From positions 27,064 through 91,063 of the forward strand of contig PKQY02000003.1 of NCBI GenBank assembly GCA_017577895.2: 64,000 bases of DNA, given 5' to 3'. The notes below the pieces were generated by a model. The model had not been told where the DNA came from. It saw only the letters and a list, made by a program, of their open reading frames with translations, and did no database searches. Each line of letters opens with the position of its first letter. Positions within the stretch are counted from its first letter, which is position 1. Below, piece by piece: positions 36,467 to 48,148 of the stretch. The position numbers were made by a program, and so were the translations under genes. The DNA is from Bacillota bacterium. GTDB lineage: Bacteria; Bacillota; Bacilli; ZCTH02-B2.

Positions 36467-37777
36467 ATGACGACCAAACATCATCAAATCATACGCTATA
36501 TTGAAGGGTTGGATGTGGGGACGAAAATTTCCGTCCGCCAGATTGCCAAAGAGTTGGACGTCAGTGAAGGTACCGCGTACCGGGCCATCAAGGAAGCCGA
36601 AAACCGGGGGCTCGTCAGCACCATCGAGCGGGTCGGCACGATCCGGATCGAGACGAAAGCGAAAGAAAACATTGAGCGGCTGACCTTTGCGGAAGTGGTG
36701 AACATCGTCGACGGGCACGTGTTGGGCGGACGCAACGGATTGCACAAGACGTTGCAGCGCATGGTCATCGGCGCCATGAAGTTGGAAGACATGATGAAAT
36801 ACGTGGACCCGGGCAGTTTGCTCATCGTCGGCAACCGGGACCGGGCCCATCTGTTGGCCATGCAGGCCGGTTCGGCCGTGCTCATTACCGGCGGCTTCGA
36901 CGCCAAGGAAGAAGTGAAGCGCCTGGCCGATGAAAAGGGGTTGCCGCTCATCTCCAGCGCCTACGACACGTTTACGGTGGCCTCCATGATTAACCGGGCC
37001 ATCTACGACCGGTTGATCAAAAAAGACATCGTGATGGTCGAAGATGTCATGACGCCCCGGGAAAAAATTCACGTCTTGACGGAACACGACACGGTCAAGG
37101 ATTGGCAACACTTGGTGGAAAAAACGCGCCACAGCCGTTACCCGGTCATCGACGACGAAGGGAAAATCATCGGTGTCGTGACCTCCAAAGACGTGGTCGG
37201 CATGCCGGTGGATACACCGATCACGGAAGTGATGACCCGCAATCCGATTACGACCCTGCCCCAGACGTCCATCGCCTCGGTGGCGCACCGGATGGTTTGG
37301 GAAGGGATTGAAATGATCCCGGTGGTCAACGAGGAGCGGCGCCTGCTCAGCGTCATCAGCCGGCAAGACGTGCTGAAAGCCTTGCAGTTGCACCAAAATC
37401 AGCCGCAAGTTGGGGAGACGATTGAGGACATTGTCCGCTCCGCACTGCAGGAAATTCGGGAGGAGAAGGAAACCCGTTACCGGTTGGTGGTCACGCCGCA
37501 GATGACCAATCCCCTGGGCATGTTGTCCAACGGCGTGATGACGACGTTGCTGGAGGAGACGTCCATTCGCTCGTTGCGTCGACACCGGAAAGGTGAGATG
37601 ATTGTCGAAAACTTGACGATTTATTTTATGAAACCGATTCCATTGGAAAGCCACATTGAAGTGCGGCCGACGGTGTTGGAAGTGGGGCGGCGATTTGGCA
37701 AGGTCGATTTGGAAGTGATGATGCAAAATCAATTGATGGCCAAAGCTTTGTTGACGGCCCAAGTGTGGGAGCGTTGA
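36467..37777 (+). CDS. ytoI: YtoI-type protein: HTH + DRTGG + CBS pair + thioesterase-like domain
   Basis: N-terminal ISVRQIAKELDVSEGTAYRAIKEAE. LLIVGNRDRAHLLAMQAGSAVLITGG is the DRTGG region. Two CBS repeats follow, then a hotdog-like tail. Confidence 0.85.
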   Translation: MTTKHHQIIRYIEGLDVGTKISVRQIAKELDVSEGTAYRAIKEAENRGLVSTIERVGTIRIETKAKENIERLTFAEVVNIVDGHVLGGRNGLHKTLQRMVIGAMKLEDMMKYVDPGSLLIVGNRDRAHLLAMQAGSAVLITGGFDAKEEVKRLADEKGLPLISSAYDTFTVASMINRAIYDRLIKKDIVMVEDVMTPREKIHVLTEHDTVKDWQHLVEKTRHSRYPVIDDEGKIIGVVTSKDVVGMPVDTPITEVMTRNPITTLPQTSIASVAHRMVWEGIEMIPVVNEERRLLSVISRQDVLKALQLHQNQPQVGETIEDIVRSALQEIREEKETRYRLVVTPQMTNPLGMLSNGVMTTLLEETSIRSLRRHRKGEMIVENLTIYFMKPIPLESHIEVRPTVLEVGRRFGKVDLEVMMQNQLMAKALLTAQVWER

Positions 37778-37789
37778 AGGAGTTGTGCG

Positions 37790-38260
37790 TCACTCGATAC
37801 CCGTCGGATCCGGTTGGATGCGGACGGTCAGCCACAGTCGGGTCACATGGCTGATGCTGACGGCTTTCGTCTGGATTTTGAGCCAACGGTCGTTGACGAA
37901 CAACAGACGATTGTCGAAAAAGTAAAAGACTAATTCGGGGTTTTCGGCCATCGGTCGGATTTCCTTGCCGATGAAGTATTTGCCCATCTCCTGCAGGCGC
38001 CGGACGATTTCCGTCTCGCTGAATCCGTCGGGCGCCCCTTCAATCGTGAATTGCAGTTTTTCGATGACTTGACGCGGTTGGCCGTTTTCCAACTGACTGG
38101 CCAACGAGTGCAATTCTTCCTTCAAGGTGGCGATTTCTTGTTCCAATTGGGTTTTTTCCAAGTAGAGCATGTCCATTTGCTTACCGGTCCATCCGACGAT
38201 GGCCACGGCGCCGCACAAAACGCCGAGGATGAACCAGGCCCATTCCTTTAACCGTCTCAT
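37790..38260 (-). CDS. ytrI: Sporulation membrane protein YtrI
   Basis: MRRLKEWAWFILGVLCGAVAIVGW is followed by a coiled segment and a conserved C-terminal domain. It is coupled to ytrH (ATGA overlap). Confidence 0.8.
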   Translation of the reverse strand: MRRLKEWAWFILGVLCGAVAIVGWTGKQMDMLYLEKTQLEQEIATLKEELHSLASQLENGQPRQVIEKLQFTIEGAPDGFSETEIVRRLQEMGKYFIGKEIRPMAENPELVFYFFDNRLLFVNDRWLKIQTKAVSISHVTRLWLTVRIQPDPTGIE

Positions 38261-38589
38261 GAAGCCGATTCTCCTGCCAGCCAACGGATGATGACCATGC
38301 CGGTGTTGGCGCCGAGAAAGGCGCTGAAGATGTAAAGCAGCTGTTTGATGGTCGGTGACAGTTGTCCGCTGAGGACGCCGGATTCGAGAATGCGAAAGGC
38401 ATCGAGCGCACCGCCGATGGCAGCCACAATGGCCCACAGCTTCAGCTGTTCCGCCAGACGCAGCATGCTGTCCATGGGCGGTTGTCCCATCAATAAGGCA
38501 CCCAGCCCCCCAGTGAGGGTGCCGCCGATGAGGATGCCGAAGGCGATGAAAAAATGATAGACGAGGGTGACGATGAATCGATCTTCCAC
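38257..38589 (-). CDS. ytrH: Sporulation membrane protein YtrH
   Basis: FGILIGGTLTGGLGALLMGQPP...LKLWAIVAAIGGALDAF matches YtrH. GTG 38589 follows AAAGGAG. The ORF-track start is 38634. Confidence 0.8.
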   Translation of the reverse strand: MEDRFIVTLVYHFFIAFGILIGGTLTGGLGALLMGQPPMDSMLRLAEQLKLWAIVAAIGGALDAFRILESGVLSGQLSPTIKQLLYIFSAFLGANTGMVIIRWLAGESAS

Positions 38590-38682
38590 CTTATGCCCGC
38601 TCCTTTGCCGACCGTGAAGAATGGTCCAAGCCATTTGCTGATATATATGAGACTGTCCGGGGCGCTTATGCCACGGCCAAGG

Positions 38683-38704
38683 CGATTCAGTATCGATTCA
38701 GTAT
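38683..38704. repeat. Perfect tandem duplication of the 11-mer CGATTCAGTAT
   Basis: Units at 38683-38693 and 38694-38704. The second unit runs into the TATAAT at 38702-38707, in the ytrH/dnaE divergent region. Confidence 0.8.
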
Positions 38705-38737
38705 AATGGAACATAGCTTGTGACGGAGGGAAAAACC

Positions 38738-41700
38738 GTGCGGCCATCGGTGGTTCACCTGTTTGTCCAATCGGAATACAGTTTGCTGCAAAGTGCCGCG
38801 CGACTGGAGCCGTTGGTGGAACAGGCCCGCCAGCTGGGCTTTACCAGTTTGGGGCTGGCCGACGACAGCGTCATGTACGGCGTGGTGCCCTTCTATCAGG
38901 CGTGCAAGAAGGCCGGCATTCATCCGGTCATCGGCTTGCAAGTGTGGATGCAGCCGGAAGGGTCCGCCGAAATGCCGGCGGGTCGGGCCGCCCGTCTGGC
39001 CCACCGCCTGGTTCTGCTGGCGGAAAATCAGGCTGGTTACCGCAGTTTGGTGCGGCTTTCCACGCTGGCCCAGATGGAAGGGGCAGCAGGCCGGCCGGTG
39101 TTGACGTTCGACCAATTGGTAGCCCATGGCGAAGGGATCATCGTCTTGAGCGGCGGCAACGACGGAGAAATCGCTTACCGATTGGCACGGGGAGAAGAAG
39201 AACAAGCCTTGGCCGTGCTGCGCCGATATCGGGAAGCCTTTGGCCCGGACCATTTTTTCTTGCAGTTGGAAGACCACGGAAAAGCCGACGGCCAGTTCCG
39301 GAAAGTGCGGTCCATGTTGACGTCCTTGAGCCGAAAAGAAGGGATTTCTCTTGTGGCGGCCAACCGGGTGTTGGCGGTGGAGGCGCGGGACACCCGGCTC
39401 ATTCCGGTGCTGGAAGGCATCCGGGAAGGGAAAACGTGGTCGGAGGTGGAAAAAGATTGGTCCGGCTACGAACTGACGCCGCCGGATGTCATGCGGGAAC
39501 GGTTTGCCGACGTGCCTTGGGCGCTGGAAAACGCCCGGGTCATTGCCGAGCGGTGCCAAGTCACCTTTGATTTTGATCAACTCATTCTGCCCCGTTTTCC
39601 CCTTCCGGAAGGCGTTCAGGCGGCAGATTATTTGCGGGCGTTGTGCGAAAAAGGTGCGGTCAAACGATACGGCCGTATACTTCCGGAAGTGCGTCAGCGG
39701 CTGGAAAAAGAGTTGGCCGTCATCGAATCGATGGGGTTTGTCGATTACTTTCTCATCGTTTGGGATTTCATGCGGTACGCCCGCAAACAAGGGATTTTGA
39801 CCGGCCCTGGACGGGGATCGGCGGCCGGCAGTCTGGTGGCGTATTTGTTGGGGATTACGAAAGTCGATCCGCTCAAATACAATTTGTTGTTTGAACGGTT
39901 TCTCAATCCTGCCCGCATCAGCATGCCGGACATCGACATCGATTTCAGCACGGAACGGCGGGACGAAGTGATTCGCTATGTGGCAGAAAAATACGGGACC
40001 GATCGGGTGGCGCAAATCATCACCTTTGGTACCATGGCGGCCCGGGCCGCCGTACGGGATGTGGGGCGAGTATTCGGCGTGCCCCCCGGCAAGATCGACC
40101 GGCTGGCAAAGTTGATTCCAGCCCACACCAGCTTAGAACAGTTGGAGCAAGAGGACGGGCCGTTCCGCCGCCTCATCGACAACGATCCAGAGCTGGCCCA
40201 TGTGGTGGCTTGGGCAAAACAAATTGAAGGATTTCCCCGCCACACGTCGACCCATGCGGCGGGTGTGGTGCTGGCACCCGGTCCGCTGACCGATTGGATT
40301 CCGTTGCAGCCCGGAGGCGACGGGTTGGCGCTGACCCAATACCCGATGGACGTGTTGGAATCGCTGGGCTTTTTGAAAATGGATTTTCTCGGCCTGAAAA
40401 ACTTGACGATTATCGAAAAGACGCTCCGTTCCATGGCCCGGCAAAACCGGCCGCCCTTGGATATGGACCGCTTGCCTGACGACGATCCGAAGGTGTACCG
40501 CATGTTGTCGGCCGGCGACACCTCCGGCGTCTTTCAGTTGGAGTCGGCCGGGATGCGGCGCGTGTTGCAGGAGATGCGGCCCAGTTGTTTTGAAGACATC
40601 GTGGCGGTGTTGGCGTTATACCGCCCCGGCCCGATGGAATTTATTCCCCATTACATTCAGGCGAAGCACGGGCGGAGGGCCGTCACGTACCCCCACCCAT
40701 CTCTGGAGCCGATTTTGAAGGACACGTACGGGATCATCGTCTATCAGGAGCAGATCATGCAAATTGCGGCCCGCATGGCCGGATTTTCTTTGGCCGAAGC
40801 CGATTTGTTGCGCCGGGCAGTGTCCAAAAAGCAGCGGGACGTGCTGGACGAACAGCGGCAACATTTTGTGGATGGCTGTGTGCGGATGGGGTACGACCGC
40901 CAAGTGGCGGAACAAGTTTACGACATGATTGTGCGATTTGCCTCGTACGGTTTTAACCGCTCCCATGCTGTAGCCTATGCGGTCATTGCCTACCAGACCG
41001 CCTATTTGAAAGCCCATGTGCCGGAACATTTCATGGCGGCGCTGATGAGCGAGTCCATCGGCCAGGCTGACAAGTTGCACGAATACAGCCGACAGTTGCG
41101 GCAACAAGGCATCCGCCTCTTGCCGCCGGACATCCAAAAAAGCGGGCTGGAGTTTACGGTAGAAGGCCGGGACATTCGCTATCCGCTGAGCGGCATCCGG
41201 CAAGTGGGGACCCAGGCGGTGCAGGCCATCTTGGAGGCGCGGAAAGAAGGGCCGTTTGAAGATTTGTTCGATCTGTGTGCCCGGGTGGACTTGCGGGTGT
41301 GCAACCGGCGGGTGCTGGAAGCGCTCATCCAAGTGGGCGCCATGGACTCGCTTCCCGGGCACCGGGCGCAACTATTGATGATTCTCGATGAGGCCATGGC
41401 TTGGGGAGCGCGCATGCAAGAAGAAAAAACTCAGCCCCAACTCTTGACAACGGCGATACCGAAACCGGATTATCCAAATGTAGCGCCGTATTCGCCAGCG
41501 GAAGCATGGCGCATGGAAAAAGAATATCTCGGATTTTACTTGACCGGACACCCGTTGGACCCGTGGCGGGAGCGGTTGCGGGCACGGGGGATACCAACCA
41601 TTGGCGAACTACAGTCCTCAAGGACGGAAAAGGCCGGGCCAGTGGCCGGTGAGCTCCAACAATTGCGCATCGTGCGGACGAAAAAGGGAGAGCCGATGGC

Positions 41701-42136
41701 CTTTGCCGAACTGGAGGATGCCACCGGTTCCATTCGTTTGACGTTGTTTCCTTCCGTTTTTAAAGACTGGCTCGGCCAACTTCAAGAAGGACAACTGTAT
41801 CTAGTTGAAGGTCGCTGGGACAATCCGGAGAAACGGACGATGATCGTGGAACGTATCATGCCCCTCGAAGAAGTCGCCATGAACTGGCCGGCTCCGGTGT
41901 ACATCCGGATTCCAGGTCCGCGTTCTTCTCCCCACGCCCTGCGGCAGCTGAAACAATTGCTCCTTCAACACCGTGGGCAACAACCGGTCATTTTGTATTA
42001 CGAAGAACAAGGACGAGCCATCCAGTTGGGCGAAGCGTACCGGGTGAACGATTCCCAGCCCTTGCGGGAAGCGGTGGAACGCTTGCTGGGAGCTGGCACG
42101 TATGCCTCTGGAACCAAGGGTGGGGCGTCGATGTAA
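38738..42136 (+). CDS. dnaE: DNA polymerase III alpha subunit (DnaE type)
   Basis: N-terminal PHP domain FVHLFVQSEYSLLQS and GSAAGSLVAYLLGIT motifs. 1132 aa. GTG 38738 follows GGAGGG. Confidence 0.95.
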   Translation: MRPSVVHLFVQSEYSLLQSAARLEPLVEQARQLGFTSLGLADDSVMYGVVPFYQACKKAGIHPVIGLQVWMQPEGSAEMPAGRAARLAHRLVLLAENQAGYRSLVRLSTLAQMEGAAGRPVLTFDQLVAHGEGIIVLSGGNDGEIAYRLARGEEEQALAVLRRYREAFGPDHFFLQLEDHGKADGQFRKVRSMLTSLSRKEGISLVAANRVLAVEARDTRLIPVLEGIREGKTWSEVEKDWSGYELTPPDVMRERFADVPWALENARVIAERCQVTFDFDQLILPRFPLPEGVQAADYLRALCEKGAVKRYGRILPEVRQRLEKELAVIESMGFVDYFLIVWDFMRYARKQGILTGPGRGSAAGSLVAYLLGITKVDPLKYNLLFERFLNPARISMPDIDIDFSTERRDEVIRYVAEKYGTDRVAQIITFGTMAARAAVRDVGRVFGVPPGKIDRLAKLIPAHTSLEQLEQEDGPFRRLIDNDPELAHVVAWAKQIEGFPRHTSTHAAGVVLAPGPLTDWIPLQPGGDGLALTQYPMDVLESLGFLKMDFLGLKNLTIIEKTLRSMARQNRPPLDMDRLPDDDPKVYRMLSAGDTSGVFQLESAGMRRVLQEMRPSCFEDIVAVLALYRPGPMEFIPHYIQAKHGRRAVTYPHPSLEPILKDTYGIIVYQEQIMQIAARMAGFSLAEADLLRRAVSKKQRDVLDEQRQHFVDGCVRMGYDRQVAEQVYDMIVRFASYGFNRSHAVAYAVIAYQTAYLKAHVPEHFMAALMSESIGQADKLHEYSRQLRQQGIRLLPPDIQKSGLEFTVEGRDIRYPLSGIRQVGTQAVQAILEARKEGPFEDLFDLCARVDLRVCNRRVLEALIQVGAMDSLPGHRAQLLMILDEAMAWGARMQEEKTQPQLLTTAIPKPDYPNVAPYSPAEAWRMEKEYLGFYLTGHPLDPWRERLRARGIPTIGELQSSRTEKAGPVAGELQQLRIVRTKKGEPMAFAELEDATGSIRLTLFPSVFKDWLGQLQEGQLYLVEGRWDNPEKRTMIVERIMPLEEVAMNWPAPVYIRIPGPRSSPHALRQLKQLLLQHRGQQPVILYYEEQGRAIQLGEAYRVNDSQPLREAVERLLGAGTYASGTKGGASM

Positions 42137-42160
42137 TGTGCGAAATGGGGAGGAGAGAGC

Positions 42161-42637
42161 ATGTCGTTTGAGCTCGTTTGCCGTATGTTGGAAGACCGCG
42201 GTGTCACCGTGGAACAAATCGCCGAAATCGTCCATGCGTTGCAATTGCCGTTTAATCCGAATCTGACTCTCCAAGAATGCATCGAAAGTGTGGAATCCGT
42301 CTTACGGAAGCGGGAAGTGCAATATACGTTGATGACCGGTATCGCCCTCGATCAACTGACGGAAGAAAAGAAGCTGCCGGAGCCGTTGCAAACCATTTTG
42401 GAAAAAGACCACCCGTTGTACGGCGTGGACGAAATTTTGGCCTTGGGGATCACGAACGTCTACGGTTCCATCGGACTCACCAGTTTTGGCTACCTGGACA
42501 AACTCAAAATGGGCGTTATCGGACGTCTGAACCAACACGGCACCGGCAGCGTGCACACGTTTTTGGACGATTTGGTAGCCGGGATCGCCGCCGCTGCGTC
42601 GGCCCGATTGGCGCATCAACAAGAAGAGTGGCCTTAA
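42161..42637 (+). CDS. yutG: Phosphatidylglycerophosphatase A-like protein (YutG family)
   Basis: YGVDEILALGITNVYGSIGLTSFGYLDK...HTFLDDLVAGIAAAASARLAH matches the B. subtilis YutG pattern. Confidence 0.85.
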   Translation: MSFELVCRMLEDRGVTVEQIAEIVHALQLPFNPNLTLQECIESVESVLRKREVQYTLMTGIALDQLTEEKKLPEPLQTILEKDHPLYGVDEILALGITNVYGSIGLTSFGYLDKLKMGVIGRLNQHGTGSVHTFLDDLVAGIAAAASARLAHQQEEWP

Positions 42638-42741
42638 AGCCGGTGGCCACGGCCTTTGCTTGTCAGCCCTATAAGGCTATGTTATCATAATTCTGAAAAA
42701 TTACGGATGGGCCGGACAGTCATGAGAAGGAGGTCCAAGGC

Positions 42742-42933
42742 ATGTGGACGGTGATATATGTCACCCACGCGGAAAAGCAAGCGCGCCGCATCGAAGCAGC
42801 GTTGACGGAAGAAGGCTTTTTGGTGCAAGTCCGACCCAGCGTCTCCAAACAGTATGAAATTCAAGTGCCGGCGTCCGAGGCCCGGGATGCGCAAGAAGTG
42901 TTGAACCGGATTTTGCAATCTTCCATGGAATGA
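42742..42933 (+). CDS. Hypothetical 63-aa protein
   Basis: Strong RBS AAGGAGG 8 nt before the ATG. The predicted beta-alpha-beta-like sequence is [32 protein letters not shown]. No family recognised. Confidence 0.55.
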   Translation: MWTVIYVTHAEKQARRIEAALTEEGFLVQVRPSVSKQYEIQVPASEARDAQEVLNRILQSSME

Positions 42934-42998
42934 AACATAATACAGGATATGGCGCTTGCGTGCAGGAAAAAGCTGGAGCCCATGCGAGGTGTTGGTGG

Positions 42999-43914
42999 AT
43001 GTTCAAAGATTTTTTTCCGAAAAAACGCAAATACGCCACGTTGCCGCAAGAAGCGCGCCAGCGGCCGGCTGAAGTGAAAAAAGAGATCCCTGAAGGGCTG
43101 ATGGTCAAGTGCGACGTTTGCGGCACCATCATGTATGCCAAGGAACTGGCCAACAACTTGAAAGTGTGCAAAGGGTGCGATTTTCATTTTCCCATGAGTG
43201 CACCGGAACGGCTCGACCTCATTTTAGACAAAGGTTCTTTTGAAGAATGGGATACCGAATTGCGGTCGGCCGATCCGTTAGGATTTCCCGGTTATAAGGA
43301 AAAACTGGCACAAATGATGGAGAAAACCGGCTTGGCGGAAGCGGTGGTCACGGGCAAAGGCCGCATTGGAGGATGCCCGGTCGCCATTGGGGTGATGGAT
43401 TCCCGGTTCATCATGGGCAGCATGGGCTCGGTGGTCGGCGAAAAAGTGACCCGGGCCATCGAACGGGCACATCAGCAACGTCTGCCTCTGATCTTGTTTT
43501 CGGCATCCGGCGGTGCACGCATGCAGGAAGGCATTTTTAGTCTCATGCAAATGGCGAAAACGAGTGCCGCGTTGGCACACTTCCAAAAGGCTGGCGGTTT
43601 GTTCATTTCTGTGTTCACCAATCCGACGACCGGAGGCGTATCCGCCAGCTTTTCCTCTTTGGGGGACATCAACTTGGCCGAACCGGGAGCGTTAATCGGT
43701 TTTGCCGGTCGGCGCATCATCGAGCAGACCATTCGCCAAAAACTGCCCGATGATTTTCAGACCGCGGAATTTTTGCTGGCCCACGGGCAACTGGACGCAG
43801 TGGTCCATCGCAAACATTTGCGGGATATGCTCATCAATTTGCTGGATCTCCATCAAGTCCATGGGGCGTGTTCGGACAACCATGCGGAACAGGCAGTGAC
43901 GAAGGAGGCTTCCC

Positions 43915-43922
<8 letters not shown>
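42999..43922 (+). CDS. accD: Acetyl-CoA carboxylase carboxyltransferase beta subunit
   Basis: Zn-ribbon [26 protein letters not shown] and GGARMQEG motifs. ATG 42999 follows GAGGTG. Confidence 0.95.
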
Positions 43923-45862
<1,940 letters not shown>

Positions 45863-45899
45863 GTCCGTCCGTCACGTTCACCGAAAGGGGTTTTCGCGC

Positions 45900-47651
45900 A
45901 TGCGCAAGACGAAAATCGTGTGTACCATCGGGCCAGCCAGCAACAATTTGGAGACGTTGAAACAACTCATCGCCGCCGGCATGAACGTGGCCCGACTGAA
46001 CTTTTCTCATGGCACCCACGAGGAACATGCGGCCGCGATTGCGACCATTCGGCGGGCGGCGGCGGAAATGGGGAAGACCATCAGTATTTTGTTGGATACG
46101 AAGGGCCCGGAGATTCGTACGGGCGTGCTGGAAACCGGCGAGGTGGAGTTGCGCGAGGGACAGACGTTCATTTTGACGACGGAAGACGTGGTGGGCAATG
46201 CAGAACGGGTCAGCATCACGTATCCCGGGCTGGTGAACGAACTTCGGCCCGGCGATCGGGTGCTGTTGGATGACGGTTTGATTGAGTTGGAAGTCGAGGC
46301 GATTCGGGGCCCCGACATTGTATGCCGGGTGAAAAACAGCGGCCGGTTGCGGGACCGCAAAGGGGTGAACGTGCCGGGCGTGTCCATCGGACTGCCGGGC
46401 ATTACGGAAAAAGATGCGGCCGACATCCGATTCGGCGTGGAGCAGGGCGTCGATTTTATTGCGGCGTCGTTTGTGCGGAAACCAGCGGACATCCTCGAAA
46501 TTCACCGCATTCTCGACGAGATGAATGCCGACATACCGGTCATCGCCAAAATTGAAAACCGGGAAGGCGTGCAAAACTTGGACGCCATTTTGGAAGTGGC
46601 CGACGGGCTGATGGTGGCCCGCGGCGATTTGGGCGTGGAAATTCCCGTCGAAGAAGTGCCGCTGTTGCAGAAAATGATGATCGAAAAATGCAACCGGGCG
46701 GGCAAACCGGTCATTACCGCCACCCAAATGCTCGACTCCATGCAGCGTCAGCCCCGGCCCACGCGGGCAGAGACGACGGACGTGGCCAACGCCATTTTGG
46801 ACGGCACCGATGCGGTCATGCTGTCCGGCGAGACTGCCTCAGGGTTATATCCAGTGGAGTCGGTCCGGATGATGGCCAAAATCGCCGAGACGACAGAAAA
46901 AGCGCTGAATTACCGGGAAATGTTCCGCAAACACCGGCAAGCAGGACAGACGACCATCACCGATCAAATCAGCCAGGCAGTGGCGGGGACCGCATTGGAC
47001 TTGAAAGTGGCCGCCATTATCACCCCGACCGAAAGCGGCTATACCGCCCGGCTCATTTCCAAATACCGGCCTTCCTGCCCCATCGTGGCCGTTACGTACA
47101 ACGAGAAGACGTTGCGGCGCCTGACCTTGTACTGGGGCGTGCAACCGCTCCTCGGAGATAAAGCCACCTCCATCGATAAGATGTTGAATTCGGCGGTGGA
47201 GCGGGCGTTGGCGGAAGGATACATCAGTTATGGCGATCTGGTCGTTATTACCGCCGGCGTGCCGGTAGGGGAAGTGGGGACTACCAACATGATGAAAATT
47301 CACGTGGTGGGCGACGTCATTGCCCACGGTCAAGGCATTGGCCATCAGGTGGTGACCGGCCGCGTCGTCAAAGGGCAGAGCGTCGAGGAAATTTTGGCAA
47401 AAATGACGCCGGACGCCATTCTCGTCACCGTCAGCACCGACCGGGAGATGGTACCGGCCATGGAAAAAGCCGCTGCCATCATAACCGAGCAGGGCGGCTT
47501 GACATCCCATGCGGCCATTGTCGGGTTGGAATTGGGCATCCCGGTCATCGTCGGCGTGCAAAACGCCATGCAACTGTTGGAAGACGGTATGGTGGTCACT
47601 ATCGATTCGGAACGGGGTTACATTTACAACGGGAAGGCCAAAGTGCTTTAG
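45900..47651 (+). CDS. pyk: Pyruvate kinase with a C-terminal PEP-utiliser (swivelling) domain
   Basis: [14 protein letters not shown] and [12 protein letters not shown] motifs. The C-terminal [21 protein letters not shown] is typical of Bacillus-type Pyk. Confidence 0.95.
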   Translation: MRKTKIVCTIGPASNNLETLKQLIAAGMNVARLNFSHGTHEEHAAAIATIRRAAAEMGKTISILLDTKGPEIRTGVLETGEVELREGQTFILTTEDVVGNAERVSITYPGLVNELRPGDRVLLDDGLIELEVEAIRGPDIVCRVKNSGRLRDRKGVNVPGVSIGLPGITEKDAADIRFGVEQGVDFIAASFVRKPADILEIHRILDEMNADIPVIAKIENREGVQNLDAILEVADGLMVARGDLGVEIPVEEVPLLQKMMIEKCNRAGKPVITATQMLDSMQRQPRPTRAETTDVANAILDGTDAVMLSGETASGLYPVESVRMMAKIAETTEKALNYREMFRKHRQAGQTTITDQISQAVAGTALDLKVAAIITPTESGYTARLISKYRPSCPIVAVTYNEKTLRRLTLYWGVQPLLGDKATSIDKMLNSAVERALAEGYISYGDLVVITAGVPVGEVGTTNMMKIHVVGDVIAHGQGIGHQVVTGRVVKGQSVEEILAKMTPDAILVTVSTDREMVPAMEKAAAIITEQGGLTSHAAIVGLELGIPVIVGVQNAMQLLEDGMVVTIDSERGYIYNGKAKVL

Positions 47652-47667
47652 GGAGAGGAGACAGGAC

Positions 47668-48120
47668 ATGTCCATCGTGACCGAAACGCGCCTGGCCGTT
47701 CGCTACCAGGAAACGGACCAAATGGCGATTGTGTACCATACGAACTACTTGGTGTGGTTTGAGATCGGCCGGACCGATTTTGTGCGGCAGGTGACGGGCC
47801 GGCGGTATGCCGAATGGGAAAAGCAGTACGGCATCTTGTTGCCTGTCCTGCACGCCCATGCCGACTACCACGCGCCGGCCCGATACGGCGACGACATTGT
47901 GGTGTGCACCCGGCTCATTCAATTGAGCAAAGTGCGCATCCATTTCGGGTATGAGATCTATCGGGAAGACAAATCCGGCCGCACGTTGTTGACGACGGGC
48001 GAGACTCACCACGCGTGGGTCAACCGGGACATGAAACCGGTGCGGCTGGACCGCATGGCTCCGGAGTTGTTTGAACAATTGCAGGAAGCTTACAGCAATA
48101 AGGCAGCCGTCAGCAGTTGA
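47668..48120 (+). CDS. Acyl-CoA thioesterase, YbgC/4HBT hotdog family
   Basis: VRYQETDQMAIVYHTNYLVWFEIGRTDF is the YbgC-type motif. ATG 47668 follows GGAGAGGAG. Confidence 0.85.
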   Translation: MSIVTETRLAVRYQETDQMAIVYHTNYLVWFEIGRTDFVRQVTGRRYAEWEKQYGILLPVLHAHADYHAPARYGDDIVVCTRLIQLSKVRIHFGYEIYREDKSGRTLLTTGETHHAWVNRDMKPVRLDRMAPELFEQLQEAYSNKAAVSS

Positions 48121-48142
48121 CGCGGCTGCCTGTTTTGTTTTT
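48102..48142 (+). terminator. Terminator between the thioesterase gene (+) and ytvI (-)
   Basis: ggcagccgtca-gcagt-tgacgcggctgcc (one bulge) followed by TGTTTTGTTTTT. Confidence 0.65.
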
Positions 48143-48148
48143 GGACGG

